From NCBI GenBank assembly GCA_965207885.1, contig OZ242311.1, positions 4,384,001 through 4,448,000 of the forward strand: DNA of 64,000 nucleotides, read 5' to 3'. The DNA is from Candidatus Latescibacterota bacterium (GTDB lineage: Bacteria; Latescibacterota; UBA2968). Positions within the stretch are counted from its first letter, which is position 1. Each line of letters begins with the position of its first letter. This document shows, in pieces, positions 18,657 through 29,061 of the stretch. Below the pieces are notes generated by a model. It searched no databases and was not told the DNA's origin. It worked only from the letters and a program-made list of their open reading frames with translations. The translations under genes and the position numbers were made by a program.

Positions 18657-20729
18657 TCAATCCCCCACGCGCTCAAAATAGAAAAACCGCCCATCGTACG
18701 TCCCTAAAAACAAGCCGTCTCCCCACACACAGGGAGGTGCTGTAATTGGTGACCCGAACGCCGCACGCCCCCGGCATTCACCGGAAGCGGCATCCAAAGC
18801 GTACAAACACCCATCACATCCACAAATTAGAAGACAATCCTCAAAATGGACTGGCGCGGCTAAAATGCTCTGCACGCCTCTGCGATAGGGCACCATATCC
18901 AGCAGATCGCCTCCCGTCTGGAACCGCCACAGTAGCGCCCCGGAATTGAAATCAAAACAAAGGGCTTCTCCCTCCGGTGTGGTGGCGTAGATCAAGCCAT
19001 CCCGCACGAGCAGTCCGGTCGGGTAACTGGACGGGAGAATCGGCTTGTCCCACACAACCTCTCCCGAAATTGCCCGTAACGCGGTTAAATGCGACGAGTC
19101 TCCCCCACTTACCAGCAGGTCTCCGGACACAACCGGCGTTGGATATGGATACTCAACCCCTATCTGCTGTTCCCACACCACATCCCCGCTTTGCCTGTCC
19201 AATGCCATCAGCCCCCGCCGCGGCACGAGCAGGAGAAGCAGGTCCTCATAAACCTGGGGACTTGCGTAGCACGACCAGTTATCGCTGTCTTCAAAAGGTA
19301 CATACCACTGCTGCTCTCCCGTTTTGAGATCAAAAGCCGCGTAACCGGCCTTCGCCCCTGTGTACAACGTCCCCTCTGCAATAACCGGAGACGTGTAAAT
19401 CCAACGGTCGGGATACCCGGGCAGATTCGCATGCCACAGCAGGCGGCCCGACGCCTGCTCCAGCGCATGAACCCGCCCGGTAACTGACACAGCCACGCAG
19501 ATGCCATCATCTACAGCCACGCTATTTTTCACCGTCGCATCTGTGCGTGCATGCCACACCAGATCTCCGCTACCCACCTCAATACAACAGACCCCGTTGC
19601 GGGCGGGATAACCCTCGTCCCGCAGGCTCAACAGCATCTGATCTCCCGCCTGCACGGGTGCTGCCCGGTGCAATCCCCCCGGAAGTTGTTGCTCCCAGCG
19701 CAGGTGCAACCCCATTTCGTCGAAAGAAATCTCCACCGGCGTATCCCCGGAAGGCAGCGAGACGCCAGTGGGTTTGTGCGCGCAGAGTTCCACTTCCGCC
19801 CCCTCTTCTCCGAACCGCGCGACGCGGTAGCCCCTCGGCGATGTATCGATTCCGCCAAAACAGAACGCCGGAGTTGCGGCCACAACCATCTCTTTGTAAG
19901 AGAACACCTTGCTGGAATGCCAGTGCCCGTGCAGTACCAGGCGGACATTATATCGGCTCAACGCCTCCAAAAATGAAATCGGCGGAGGCGTGTGAACCAC
20001 CACCACGATCTCCCGGTCCACAGGCTGTAGTGCCAAATCCGCCCAGAACCACACCTCCTTTCGCTCCTGGTCTGCAAGCGAAAAAAACGACTGCTCATTG
20101 GGATAAAACGCAAAATGGCGTCCCCCCCAATCAAAGCTATAATACAAGGGACCGAGCACCGCTTCGAAATTCCGGGTAAACGTATTGTCCGCTGAGCCCC
20201 CCTCGTGGCGCTCCTCGTTTCCGTCGTGCCCGCCGAACAGCGGGAAAACCGGCGTTGAAACCGTCTCCTGTGCCTCGCGGAAACGGGACAACTCGGCAAG
20301 CTCTCCCCTGTTCGTGAGATCTCCGCTCACCACAATCAGATCCGGACCGGCTTCCCGGACAAGTCGCTGTAGTGCCTCGGCGAGAACCTCTCCGGACGTC
20401 AGCATATCCCCTTCCGTCACAACGTGTGTATCGGTAATCTGCACAAGCGCAAACTGCCGCACAGCCCGCTCAGGTGCAGACTCAAGTCCAAAATCCACCC
20501 CATCTTGCGCGTCGATCCAGTTCCGTGTAGAAGAGTAAAACTCCGATGTCGCTCGAAAACCATCCGGAACAGTCACAAATACGAACCGGTGTACACCCGG
20601 TTCCACCTCAAGCGCGTACCGGCCCTCCTCGTCCGTCTGCACAATCTGCTCCCCATTGGAAACCAAAACGCCGCCCAGACCGCGTCCAGACGGTTCATCC
20701 ATCACCCTGCCTCGAATTTCAATCGTCAT
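18657..20729 (-). CDS. Calcineurin-like metallophosphoesterase fused to PQQ/BamB-like beta-propeller
   Basis: DTH, GD, GGHD, GHWH metallophosphoesterase motifs; repeated ALD..SG...W propeller motifs in the C-terminal half. Confidence 0.85.
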   Translation of the reverse strand: MTIEIRGRVMDEPSGRGLGGVLVSNGEQIVQTDEEGRYALEVEPGVHRFVFVTVPDGFRATSEFYSSTRNWIDAQDGVDFGLESAPERAVRQFALVQITDTHVVTEGDMLTSGEVLAEALQRLVREAGPDLIVVSGDLTNRGELAELSRFREAQETVSTPVFPLFGGHDGNEERHEGGSADNTFTRNFEAVLGPLYYSFDWGGRHFAFYPNEQSFFSLADQERKEVWFWADLALQPVDREIVVVVHTPPPISFLEALSRYNVRLVLHGHWHSSKVFSYKEMVVAATPAFCFGGIDTSPRGYRVARFGEEGAEVELCAHKPTGVSLPSGDTPVEISFDEMGLHLRWEQQLPGGLHRAAPVQAGDQMLLSLRDEGYPARNGVCCIEVGSGDLVWHARTDATVKNSVAVDDGICVAVSVTGRVHALEQASGRLLWHANLPGYPDRWIYTSPVIAEGTLYTGAKAGYAAFDLKTGEQQWYVPFEDSDNWSCYASPQVYEDLLLLLVPRRGLMALDRQSGDVVWEQQIGVEYPYPTPVVSGDLLVSGGDSSHLTALRAISGEVVWDKPILPSSYPTGLLVRDGLIYATTPEGEALCFDFNSGALLWRFQTGGDLLDMVPYRRGVQSILAAPVHFEDCLLICGCDGCLYALDAASGECRGRAAFGSPITAPPCVWGDGLFLGTYDGRFFYFERVGD

Positions 20730-20868
20730 AGCGCACCTCTTTGTTGTCAGTTATAGGCAAAATACAATATTCACACCCTGAGGCAAAACAAACAATGATT
20801 GCCTGCCATATAAAGATTGTGCATAATAGAATTGGAATCCAACGTGTAACCCCCACAAAGGAAGGAAA

Positions 20869-22458
20869 ATGAGTGATAGACCAAATATTCTGTGGTTATC
20901 CTTAGAAGACACAAGCCCGAGATTTGGGTGTTATGGCGATAAAGTAGCGCGCACGCCAAATCTCGACAAACTGGCGTCCGAGGGATGCCGGTACCCCAAT
21001 GCATTTTCAACAGCGGGCGTATGCGCGCCGAGTCGCTCGGCAATTATCACGGGCATGTATCAAACAGCAATAGGCTCGCAGCACATGCGCACGCGCCACA
21101 CCAATGCACACGCGCCGCAAATGCCCACGCCCTACGACGCAGTACCACCGCATTATGTCAAATGTTTTCCAGAATATTTGCGAATGGCCGGGTATTACTG
21201 TACAAACAACACAAAAACCGACTATCAATTTGCCCCGCCAATTACTGCATGGGATGAATTGAGCGCGCAAGCCCACTGGCGCAACCGTCCCGATGGCACG
21301 CCCTTCTTTGCGGTATTTAATCGCACAGTAACGCACGAAAGCGGCATGTGGCCCGAGAAACGCCCAGAAGTAGAAACCGATCCAGATTCAGTCACACTAC
21401 CGCCTTATATCCCCAACACACCCAAAGCGCGGCTGGCATTGGCGCGGCATTACGATAACATCGCCGACAACGATGCATGGGTTGGCGAAATGTTGCAGCA
21501 ATTGGAAGACGATGGATTGGCAGACAACACAATTGTATTCATCTGGAGCGATCACGGCGAAGGACTGCCCCGGGCCAAACGCTGGCCCTATGATGCGGGC
21601 ATTCGCATACCGTGCATCGTGCGCTGGCCGGGCGAATTGGAACCCGGCAGCGTCAATGAGCGATTGGTCAGCATGATCGATCTGGGTCCAACCGTACTAT
21701 CACTCGCCGGTGTACAAATCCCAACCCATCTCCAGGGCCAACCCTTTGTGGGACCACAGGAAAAAGACCGGGATTACATATTTGCAACGCGGGATCGTTA
21801 CGATGAATCTTATGACATGATGCGCGCCGTGCGGGATAAGCGATTCAAATACATTCGAAACTACATGACGGAAAACCCGTATTTATTGTGGATCCCCTAT
21901 CGCAATCGGCATCCCGCATTGCAGGAAATGTGGCGGCTCCATCTCGCGGGCGAATTGGAAGGTGTGCAAAATGTGATGTTTCAAAAACGCCCCGTAGAAG
22001 AATTATACGACACGGAAAACGATCCATTTGAAACAAACAATCTCGCAGACGACCCCGCACACGCCGAAACATTGAACCGCTTGTGCGGGGCACTGGACGA
22101 CTGGCGCGAAAAATACGACGTATGGGGCGATGTGCCCGAAGATCAGATGGTATTTCGCATGTGGCAAGGCACAGAGCAGCCGCAAACCGAATTACCGGTT
22201 TTTGTACCAATATGTGAAGAAAGCCCTGGACGAGAGGCCGCGCCCGAAGGCGGAACCTTTAAGGGACCGATAATCGTACAATTTTACTGCGGCACACAGG
22301 GCGCGTCAATGGCGTATCAACTCGCGGGCGATGAACACTGGCGATTGTACACCGGACCCATTCCCCTGCTAAAAGGCGAAACCACCATTCGCGCTAAAGC
22401 CATTCGGATTGGATACAAAGAGAGTGAGGAAATGGAAGCGACATTTATCGTGACCTGA
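20869..22458 (+). CDS. Sulfatase with C-terminal FN3-associated-like domain
   Basis: PNILW, CAPSR, KTDY, SDHG, EELYD motifs; C-terminal LYTGPI...IRAKAIR.G. Confidence 0.9.
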   Translation: MSDRPNILWLSLEDTSPRFGCYGDKVARTPNLDKLASEGCRYPNAFSTAGVCAPSRSAIITGMYQTAIGSQHMRTRHTNAHAPQMPTPYDAVPPHYVKCFPEYLRMAGYYCTNNTKTDYQFAPPITAWDELSAQAHWRNRPDGTPFFAVFNRTVTHESGMWPEKRPEVETDPDSVTLPPYIPNTPKARLALARHYDNIADNDAWVGEMLQQLEDDGLADNTIVFIWSDHGEGLPRAKRWPYDAGIRIPCIVRWPGELEPGSVNERLVSMIDLGPTVLSLAGVQIPTHLQGQPFVGPQEKDRDYIFATRDRYDESYDMMRAVRDKRFKYIRNYMTENPYLLWIPYRNRHPALQEMWRLHLAGELEGVQNVMFQKRPVEELYDTENDPFETNNLADDPAHAETLNRLCGALDDWREKYDVWGDVPEDQMVFRMWQGTEQPQTELPVFVPICEESPGREAAPEGGTFKGPIIVQFYCGTQGASMAYQLAGDEHWRLYTGPIPLLKGETTIRAKAIRIGYKESEEMEATFIVT

Positions 22459-22477
22459 TCGTGAAAGGAAGGGTTTG

Positions 22478-22849
22478 ATGGCTGAGACAGAACAGACATA
22501 TTCGGTGACCTCAGGTACAGCCAAGATCGTTTACATTCTATATTTAGCCGAGCTTGTTGTCGGTATCACGGGCCTGATTGGCGTTATTATGGCTTATGTG
22601 AATCGGTCGAATGCACCTGAGTGGTTGGCTTCGCACTATCGGTTTCAAATTCGCACGTTCTGGATCTGTTTGTTGTACCTGACTCTGTTGTGGGGAATAG
22701 CAGTAGTGCTGCTGTTACCAATCGTGTTTGTCGTAGCGGTAATAGTGATAATGGTTTTGCCAGTCTGGTGGATCATTCGGTGTGCAAAGGGTTTGAAATA
22801 TTTGTCACGCGAAGAGGCGTATCCAGATCCCGTGAGTTGGTTTCTCTAA
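22478..22849 (+). CDS. Small membrane protein (DUF4870-like)
   Basis: IGVIMAYV...SHYRFQIRTFW, R..KG motif, 3 TM segments. Confidence 0.75.
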   Translation: MAETEQTYSVTSGTAKIVYILYLAELVVGITGLIGVIMAYVNRSNAPEWLASHYRFQIRTFWICLLYLTLLWGIAVVLLLPIVFVVAVIVIMVLPVWWIIRCAKGLKYLSREEAYPDPVSWFL

Positions 22850-22881
22850 AACGCTGATACAGGAGGTACATAGTGCGCAGG

Positions 22882-23610
22882 ATGCAAATACTGAATAACA
22901 GCATTTCAGCACATGCTTTACTGCTCTTATTGATGGGTCTGGCGGTGATCTCTACATCGCATGCACAAGACCTCATGGAGCGATTGCGAGAACGTATGGT
23001 AAGGACACAAATTGAAAACCGAGGAATTAAAGCCCCCGCTGTCCTGGAAGCGATGCGAAAAGTGGAACGCCACCAGTTTGTACCCGAGTCTTATGCTTCA
23101 CGAGCGTACGGTGATCATCCATTACCCATCGGCGAGGGACAGACCATTTCTCAACCGTATATTGTCGCGCTGATGACCGAAGTGTTGAATTTGAAGGAAT
23201 CGGATAAAGTGCTGGAAATCGGAACGGGTTCGGGATATCAGGCGGCGATTCTGGGCGAATTGTGTGACAGCATCTACACCATAGAAATAGTAGAAGTACT
23301 GGGCAAGCGCGCCGCAAACTTGCTCAACACATTGGGATATGAGAATATCGAAGTGAAAGTTGGCGATGGGTACAAAGGATGGCCAGAACACGCGCCTTTT
23401 GATGCGATTATCGTGACGTGTTCGCCAACGCAAATTCCCCAACCCCTTCAAGATCAACTCGCCGAAGGTGGGCGCATGGTAATTCCGGTTGGAAAACGCG
23501 ACGCACAAGAACTCGTGCTATTGACCAAGCAGGAAGGCAAATTGCAACAAAATCACATTATACCTGTCAGATTCGTGCCAATGGTAGATTCCACTGGAGC
23601 GACGTATTAG
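22882..23610 (+). CDS. pcm: Protein-L-isoaspartate O-methyltransferase
   Basis: PLPIGEGQTISQPY, LEIGTGSGYQAA, APFDAI, VRFVPM; hydrophobic N-terminal extension; start 22873 (GTG) or 22882. Confidence 0.95.
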   Translation: MQILNNSISAHALLLLLMGLAVISTSHAQDLMERLRERMVRTQIENRGIKAPAVLEAMRKVERHQFVPESYASRAYGDHPLPIGEGQTISQPYIVALMTEVLNLKESDKVLEIGTGSGYQAAILGELCDSIYTIEIVEVLGKRAANLLNTLGYENIEVKVGDGYKGWPEHAPFDAIIVTCSPTQIPQPLQDQLAEGGRMVIPVGKRDAQELVLLTKQEGKLQQNHIIPVRFVPMVDSTGATY

Positions 23611-23619
23611 ACTCACCCC

Positions 23620-24480
23620 TCACCTATCAATCCACTTATACGCAGCTTTTGAATTCTTCCAGAAGAACTTCTCCATCGCTTCCGGTCCCTTATTCTCAAT
23701 ATAATGGGTGACAATACTGAGCACCGTCTCATAGGGTGCTGCGCGTTCGCACACGAGCCAATTGCTGCCATAGACCAGGCGGTCTTCACCAAAAGCATGC
23801 CATAACACATCGAGCGTAGGCACATAATAAGCTGGATCGTCGGGGGCGGGTTGTTGTGCTGCGCGTTCAACCATGCCAGACACCTTGCAATACACATTGG
23901 AGTATTTAGCAATGGTCTGAATACCCTGCACCCATTCGGGATCGGGTGCTTCACCCGTCACTTCCACATGTGCAACATGGTCAATAACAATGCGCAGATC
24001 GGGAATTTGCTCGGCAATAACAGCATTGATGGGCAACTGTTTGCTATTCGTCATCAAATCGAGCTGCAAATCGCGGTCAGCCAATTTTTGGAGTTGTGGC
24101 ATAAGAGCATCTTGATCTTCCAAACTACCCCTCTGAAGTCCCAGACGAATCCCGCGATAGAGCGGATTGGCTGAAAAGAGATCGAGATTCTTCTCAAAAT
24201 CTTCGGTCTGGGGATCCAGACGACCCACAAACCCGACAATACAGGGATTGTCTGCTGCGAGATCCAAAATCCACTGATTGTCTTCAACGAGCTGGCTGGC
24301 TTCAACCACAACCGTCCCAGCCACACCCATCTTTTCAGTGCGTTCAACAAAGTGGTGCGGCAAAACGGGGCGATAGAGCAATGCATTGTCTTCGGGCGGC
24401 CAAGGAACGCCACCGGGTCGGGTTGTATCGTAAAAATGAACATGCGTATCAATAATCATGGACATATCCTTTCCGGTCAA
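23620..24480 (-). CDS. Amidohydrolase_2 family (sugar-lactonase-like)
   Basis: IIDTHVH, VIDH, CKVSG, FG.DR..YGSNW; true start probably one of the ATGs 15-21 nt downstream. Confidence 0.85.
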   Translation of the reverse strand: MTGKDMSMIIDTHVHFYDTTRPGGVPWPPEDNALLYRPVLPHHFVERTEKMGVAGTVVVEASQLVEDNQWILDLAADNPCIVGFVGRLDPQTEDFEKNLDLFSANPLYRGIRLGLQRGSLEDQDALMPQLQKLADRDLQLDLMTNSKQLPINAVIAEQIPDLRIVIDHVAHVEVTGEAPDPEWVQGIQTIAKYSNVYCKVSGMVERAAQQPAPDDPAYYVPTLDVLWHAFGEDRLVYGSNWLVCERAAPYETVLSIVTHYIENKGPEAMEKFFWKNSKAAYKWIDR

Positions 24481-24482
24481 GA

Positions 24483-25355
24483 TTATTTAATTCCCGCCAT
24501 TTTCCTCAACACTTCGACAATGGCGGAATTGTCCTGTTCTGCAAGACCGAGCGCAACGCCCGTGCGCAAAAGTTGGGCGTGAAGCCCGGTTACGGGCAAT
24601 GGCGTTTCCGTACGCGCGCCGAGGTCAAGAATGAGTTCCACATCTTTTAAGTGCTGATCCAATGCAGCCTGAGTGGTAAAATCTCCGGTGATCATTTTTT
24701 CGCCTTTAATATCCATCACGCGAGAATACGCGCCACCCATCTTAAAAACATCAAGCAAAACATCGATATCTACCCCCGTTTTTTGTGCGAGAACAAGCCC
24801 CTCGGCCAATACGAGACGGTTGAGACCGAGCACGAGATTGACAATGAGTTTGGCTTCCGCACCTTTGCCCGAAGGCCCCATGTGAAAGGTCCTGAGCGAG
24901 AAGGCTTCAAAAATATCTGTACACAATTCAAAGACGGGTAAAGTACCGCCGACCATCACGAGAACATCTGATTCGCGCACCTGCTTGCTGGATCCGAGAA
25001 TAGTCGCATCGAGAAAGCGAATACTCCTGCTTTCAAGGCGTTTGGCAAGCGCAGTTGACATCTGCGGATCGGCTGTAGTAGTATCCACAATAATTGCGCC
25101 GGGAGATACCGCAGACAAAACGCCCCTCGCACCTGTAACCACATCGTTGACAACATAAGAGTCGGGAAGCGAAAGAACGATTCGACGCGCTTTATCGGCG
25201 ACATCGGCTGGCGATTTGCAGGGCGTAAAACCGTCGCCTTCATGTGCTTTTATTTTTTCGGAATCAATATCATACCCCGCAATTTCTAAACCTTTGTCGC
25301 GAAAGCGTTCAACAAGTGCGGACCCGACGAGTCCAAGTCCGATAAGACCGAGCAT
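24483..25355 (-). CDS. NAD(P)-dependent 3-hydroxyisobutyrate/tartronate-semialdehyde dehydrogenase family
   Basis: GLIGLGLVG, FLDA, G.GA.AKL..N, KD motifs; SD AGGAGG. Confidence 0.88.
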   Translation of the reverse strand: MLGLIGLGLVGSALVERFRDKGLEIAGYDIDSEKIKAHEGDGFTPCKSPADVADKARRIVLSLPDSYVVNDVVTGARGVLSAVSPGAIIVDTTTADPQMSTALAKRLESRSIRFLDATILGSSKQVRESDVLVMVGGTLPVFELCTDIFEAFSLRTFHMGPSGKGAEAKLIVNLVLGLNRLVLAEGLVLAQKTGVDIDVLLDVFKMGGAYSRVMDIKGEKMITGDFTTQAALDQHLKDVELILDLGARTETPLPVTGLHAQLLRTGVALGLAEQDNSAIVEVLRKMAGIK

Positions 25356-25557
25356 GAGACCTCCTGTAAAAAAATAATAAACCGTATCGCGCACGGCTTA
25401 AAAATATGTCAAATCTTAAAACAAACAGCACCAGTACTTCAAAAATACTGTACAATCAGATTCTTGCCAAACAAGAAAATAGTGTTGAATCCATGCGGGC
25501 ATTGTTTATCTTAAGATCATACAAGATGCGTGAAACCAATCAAAACAGGAGCTATAG

Positions 25558-26310
25558 ATGAGTTTAGAACCCATTCAAACACAGGATATAAAACGCCCAT
25601 CCAGGTCATTAATTGATGCGTTATCACATATTGGCAGTGCCACAGCAAGTGGAGAATTATTTAAGCTGGGCATCCGCAATGCCCAAATTTTGGGGCCCCT
25701 TCCCCGAACGCCGGGCAAATCAATTTGTGGCCCGGCACTGACGCTACAATTTATGCCCAAACGAGAAGATCTGCATTCATCGGGAGAATATCAAGGGCCG
25801 GAAAGACAATTGCATCGCCATGTGCTATATCACACACAACCGGGCGATGTGGTTGTAGTCGATGCTCGGGGCGACATGAGCAGTGGCGTTTTTGGCGAGA
25901 TGATGCTGACCTATTTTTCCGGCCAGGGCGGTCAAGGTGCAATTGTCGATGGTTGTATTCGCGATTTTCCCCACGCCAGGGAATTAAACCTCGGCTTATG
26001 GCTTAAAGGAACAACGCCCAATTTTCACGCGCAAACCAATATTTTCCCCCACGCCGTGAATGTCCCGATAGCGTGTGGTGACACACTTGTAATGCCCGGC
26101 GATATTATTATTGCCGACGACGACGGCGCCGTGGTAGTACCGATTAAACTCGCGCCTGAATTGGCAGAAAAAGCGACCGAACACGCCGAATGGGAAGTCT
26201 TTAGCCGAATGAAACTCGCCGAAGGCGGCGACCTGCGGAAATATTATCCACTGACAGATGAAGCGCGTGTAGAATATGAAGCGTGGCAAAAGGAACAAGG
26301 AGAGGCGTAA
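25558..26310 (+). CDS. RraA-like / 4-hydroxy-4-methyl-2-oxoglutarate aldolase family
   Basis: GPALT, PGDVVVVD, FGE, VDGCIRD, PGD.I.ADDDGAVVVP motifs. Confidence 0.85.
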   Translation: MSLEPIQTQDIKRPSRSLIDALSHIGSATASGELFKLGIRNAQILGPLPRTPGKSICGPALTLQFMPKREDLHSSGEYQGPERQLHRHVLYHTQPGDVVVVDARGDMSSGVFGEMMLTYFSGQGGQGAIVDGCIRDFPHARELNLGLWLKGTTPNFHAQTNIFPHAVNVPIACGDTLVMPGDIIIADDDGAVVVPIKLAPELAEKATEHAEWEVFSRMKLAEGGDLRKYYPLTDEARVEYEAWQKEQGEA

Positions 26311-26338
26311 GACGTAAGTGGTCAGACAGTGTGGCGCT

Positions 26339-27277
26339 TTACGCCTGCGCGTGTCTGGCCGCGCCTAAAATCCCCGCGTCATCGCCCAATTCAGCAGAAA
26401 CAATCTGCACATGTTCTTTTACACCAACAGTACCGCGATCCCAAAAAGTTCGCATCGCCGGATCAAAAATCCAATCACCCGCCTGTGCCAATCCGCCTGT
26501 TAGTGCAACGCGATCCACATTCAGTACATTCACCAGACTCACCAGCCCCACACCGAGGAAAAACCCCGTCTCCTCAAACATCTGCATTGCAAAATCATCA
26601 CCTGTCTCTGCCGCTTCAAAAATAACCTGTGTGGTCAAACCCCCGGCTTTCAGAGACGTCTCCGGCTTTTCCCCTTCAAGTCTTTCCAGCGTGCGGCGCA
26701 CCATGGCCGTGGCCGATGCATACATCTCCAAACATCCAAAATTACCACACGGACAGCGCGGTCCATTGTGATCCACTGTAATATGCCCCACCTCGGCCGC
26801 ATTGCCATTAAACCCGTGCATAACCCGTCCCTCGCTAATCCATCCACCGCCAACTCCCGTGCCCAGAGTCACGCACAAAAAGTGATCAACACCTCGACCA
26901 GCTCCCAGCCATTGCTCGCCATAAGCCGCTAAATTTGCATCATTATCCACCACCACGCCCAGACCGAGCAATGCCTCCAGGCGATCCTTTAACCGCACAC
27001 CGTGCATACACTGCAAATTCTCGGGCGATATGATCACGCCCTCAAACGGATCTAATGGACCGGGCGCACCAACCCCTACCCCCTGTACTTCTGCCAGTGA
27101 AATCCCACCATCTCGCGCAGCCGCACGCGCACATTCGGCAATGCCATATATCACACCCTCAGCACCCAGATGCAATCGCGTCGGTCCCCGCGCCCTACCT
27201 ACAATCTCCCCAGACGCTGTCACAAGCCCCGCGCGCGTATTGGTGCCCCCTAAATCTATGCCAATCGTCAAACTCAT
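26339..27277 (-). CDS. glk: ROK family sugar kinase (glucokinase)
   Basis: GIDLGGT, NDAN, TLGTGVGGG, E.GH...C.CG..GCLE zinc motif. Confidence 0.88.
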   Translation of the reverse strand: MSLTIGIDLGGTNTRAGLVTASGEIVGRARGPTRLHLGAEGVIYGIAECARAAARDGGISLAEVQGVGVGAPGPLDPFEGVIISPENLQCMHGVRLKDRLEALLGLGVVVDNDANLAAYGEQWLGAGRGVDHFLCVTLGTGVGGGWISEGRVMHGFNGNAAEVGHITVDHNGPRCPCGNFGCLEMYASATAMVRRTLERLEGEKPETSLKAGGLTTQVIFEAAETGDDFAMQMFEETGFFLGVGLVSLVNVLNVDRVALTGGLAQAGDWIFDPAMRTFWDRGTVGVKEHVQIVSAELGDDAGILGAARHAQA

Positions 27278-27915
27278 TTTTCCACTCGCGCCTGCGCCAC
27301 AGCATCTACAAAAGATTTTGCCGTTGCCGTCAAAGATGCCCAGTCTTTATTATCCACAGCCACCTTATCGACCATCGCACTGCCAGCCCCCACAGCCACC
27401 GCGCCATTTTTGATAAACTCGGGCGTTGTATTGGCATCCACCCCACCCGTGGGCATGAGCTTCACCTGTGGCAAAGGACCCAGAATATCCTTAAAATAAG
27501 ACGGTCCCCCCACGCCAGCGGGAAACACCTTGACCACATCGGATCCCGCCTGCCAAGCCGTCAAAATTTCTGTAGGCGTAAACCCTGCGGGCATCACGGC
27601 CTTGCCATACCGCTTGCTCATCTCAATCACCGCCGTATTCAAAATGGGACTCACCACATATTCTGCGCCGGATAGAATTGCTGCCCGCGCCGTCTCTGGA
27701 TCGAGCACAGACCCCACCCCAATAATCGTATCTGCCATCTTTGCCGACGCTTCTTCAATCACCTTCAGCGCCCCCGGCACCGTCATCGTCACCTCAATCG
27801 CCACCACACCGCCTTCGCGCAACGCTTTTGACACATCCATCAACTGCGACGGATTATCTGCCCGCAATACAGCGACCACACCGCAGTCAATAATGCGATC
27901 CACAGTACTAGCCAT
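27274..27915 (-). CDS. eda: 2-dehydro-3-deoxy-phosphogluconate / KHG aldolase
   Basis: VAVLR, IEVT, VSP, TPTE, VKVFPA, PTGGV motifs. Confidence 0.92.
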   Translation of the reverse strand: MASTVDRIIDCGVVAVLRADNPSQLMDVSKALREGGVVAIEVTMTVPGALKVIEEASAKMADTIIGVGSVLDPETARAAILSGAEYVVSPILNTAVIEMSKRYGKAVMPAGFTPTEILTAWQAGSDVVKVFPAGVGGPSYFKDILGPLPQVKLMPTGGVDANTTPEFIKNGAVAVGAGSAMVDKVAVDNKDWASLTATAKSFVDAVAQARVEK

Positions 27916-27989
27916 TTTCCTCTCCCAAAAATTAACCTCTCTCCAAAATAGAGAGAGGCGTTGTGTTATTGGCACATTCATCTCGGATT

Positions 27990-29033
27990 CTATCGTCTAA
28001 TCCGCGCACTCTCACCCTTCATCGCACTCTCGGCTTCCGCGCGCGTAGCCCAGTTCACATCCCCCGGGAACGTATGTGCCAGAGCCGAATAAGCCCCTGC
28101 AAAATCCACAATATCCTGAGCTGGCTCGCCCTCGAGCACCCCGGCAATAATACCCGCTGAAAAATTATCGCCACCACCCACGCGATCCACCATCTCTAAA
28201 TTTTCGTAAATGCGCGACAAATAAAACTCACTGCCATCGTAAAGCAGCGTGCGCCAGTCATTTAGCAACCCTGTCTTCGCAACGCGCAGGGTTGTACCCA
28301 CAAGTGTCACATTTGGATATTGCGATATGGCCTTCCGCGCGACATCTTTATAGCTTTCGGGATCAAGCGCATCGTAATCGCCCGACGTGCCTTCGGCTTT
28401 GAGTCCCATCGTCTTTTCAAAATCTTCTTCATTGCCGATAAGCACCTGCACATGCGGAATACACTTTGCAATCGTCTCCTGCGCTTGTTCTGCACTCCAC
28501 AATTTAGATCTGAAATTGAGATCAAAACTCGTAGTCACACCTGCATCGCGGGCTGCTACCAGTGCCTCTACTGTAGCCTCTGCCGCACCTTCGGACAACG
28601 CGGGTGTAATCCCACTGACGTGAAACCACTTGCTCCCTTCAAAAATAGATGCCCAATCCACCATCCCCGGCTCGATATTCATAATCGCGGTGTGGCCTCT
28701 GTCATACGTCACGGCACTCGCACGCGGTCCCACACCCACCTCCATATGATAAAACCCATTGCGCTCGAGACCCACACCATCAAAATCCGTCCACAAAATA
28801 TTGGACATATCCACCCCGTGCTCGCGCCCCTTGTTGCGAATAATCCAACCCGTCCAATTATCGACCAGGCGGGACACCCACGCCGCCTTCAAACCCAAAT
28901 GCGCGCAACCGACCGCGACATTGTATTCTCCCCCACCGATCTCGACATCGAGTTTACTCGCATTCTCCAATCGGCGGTATTCTGGCGAAGACAACCGAAT
29001 CATCGCCTCGCCAAAAGTCACCACATCGTACAT
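27990..29033 (-). CDS. kdgK: 2-dehydro-3-deoxygluconokinase (PfkB family)
   Basis: VTFGEAMIRL, GGGEYNVA, WFH.SGITPAL, DLNFR.KLW, DRVGGGD; adjacent to eda. Confidence 0.9.
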   Translation of the reverse strand: MYDVVTFGEAMIRLSSPEYRRLENASKLDVEIGGGEYNVAVGCAHLGLKAAWVSRLVDNWTGWIIRNKGREHGVDMSNILWTDFDGVGLERNGFYHMEVGVGPRASAVTYDRGHTAIMNIEPGMVDWASIFEGSKWFHVSGITPALSEGAAEATVEALVAARDAGVTTSFDLNFRSKLWSAEQAQETIAKCIPHVQVLIGNEEDFEKTMGLKAEGTSGDYDALDPESYKDVARKAISQYPNVTLVGTTLRVAKTGLLNDWRTLLYDGSEFYLSRIYENLEMVDRVGGGDNFSAGIIAGVLEGEPAQDIVDFAGAYSALAHTFPGDVNWATRAEAESAMKGESARIRR

Positions 29034-29061
29034 ATAGTCCTCCCTAAAAATTAGCAGTCAG

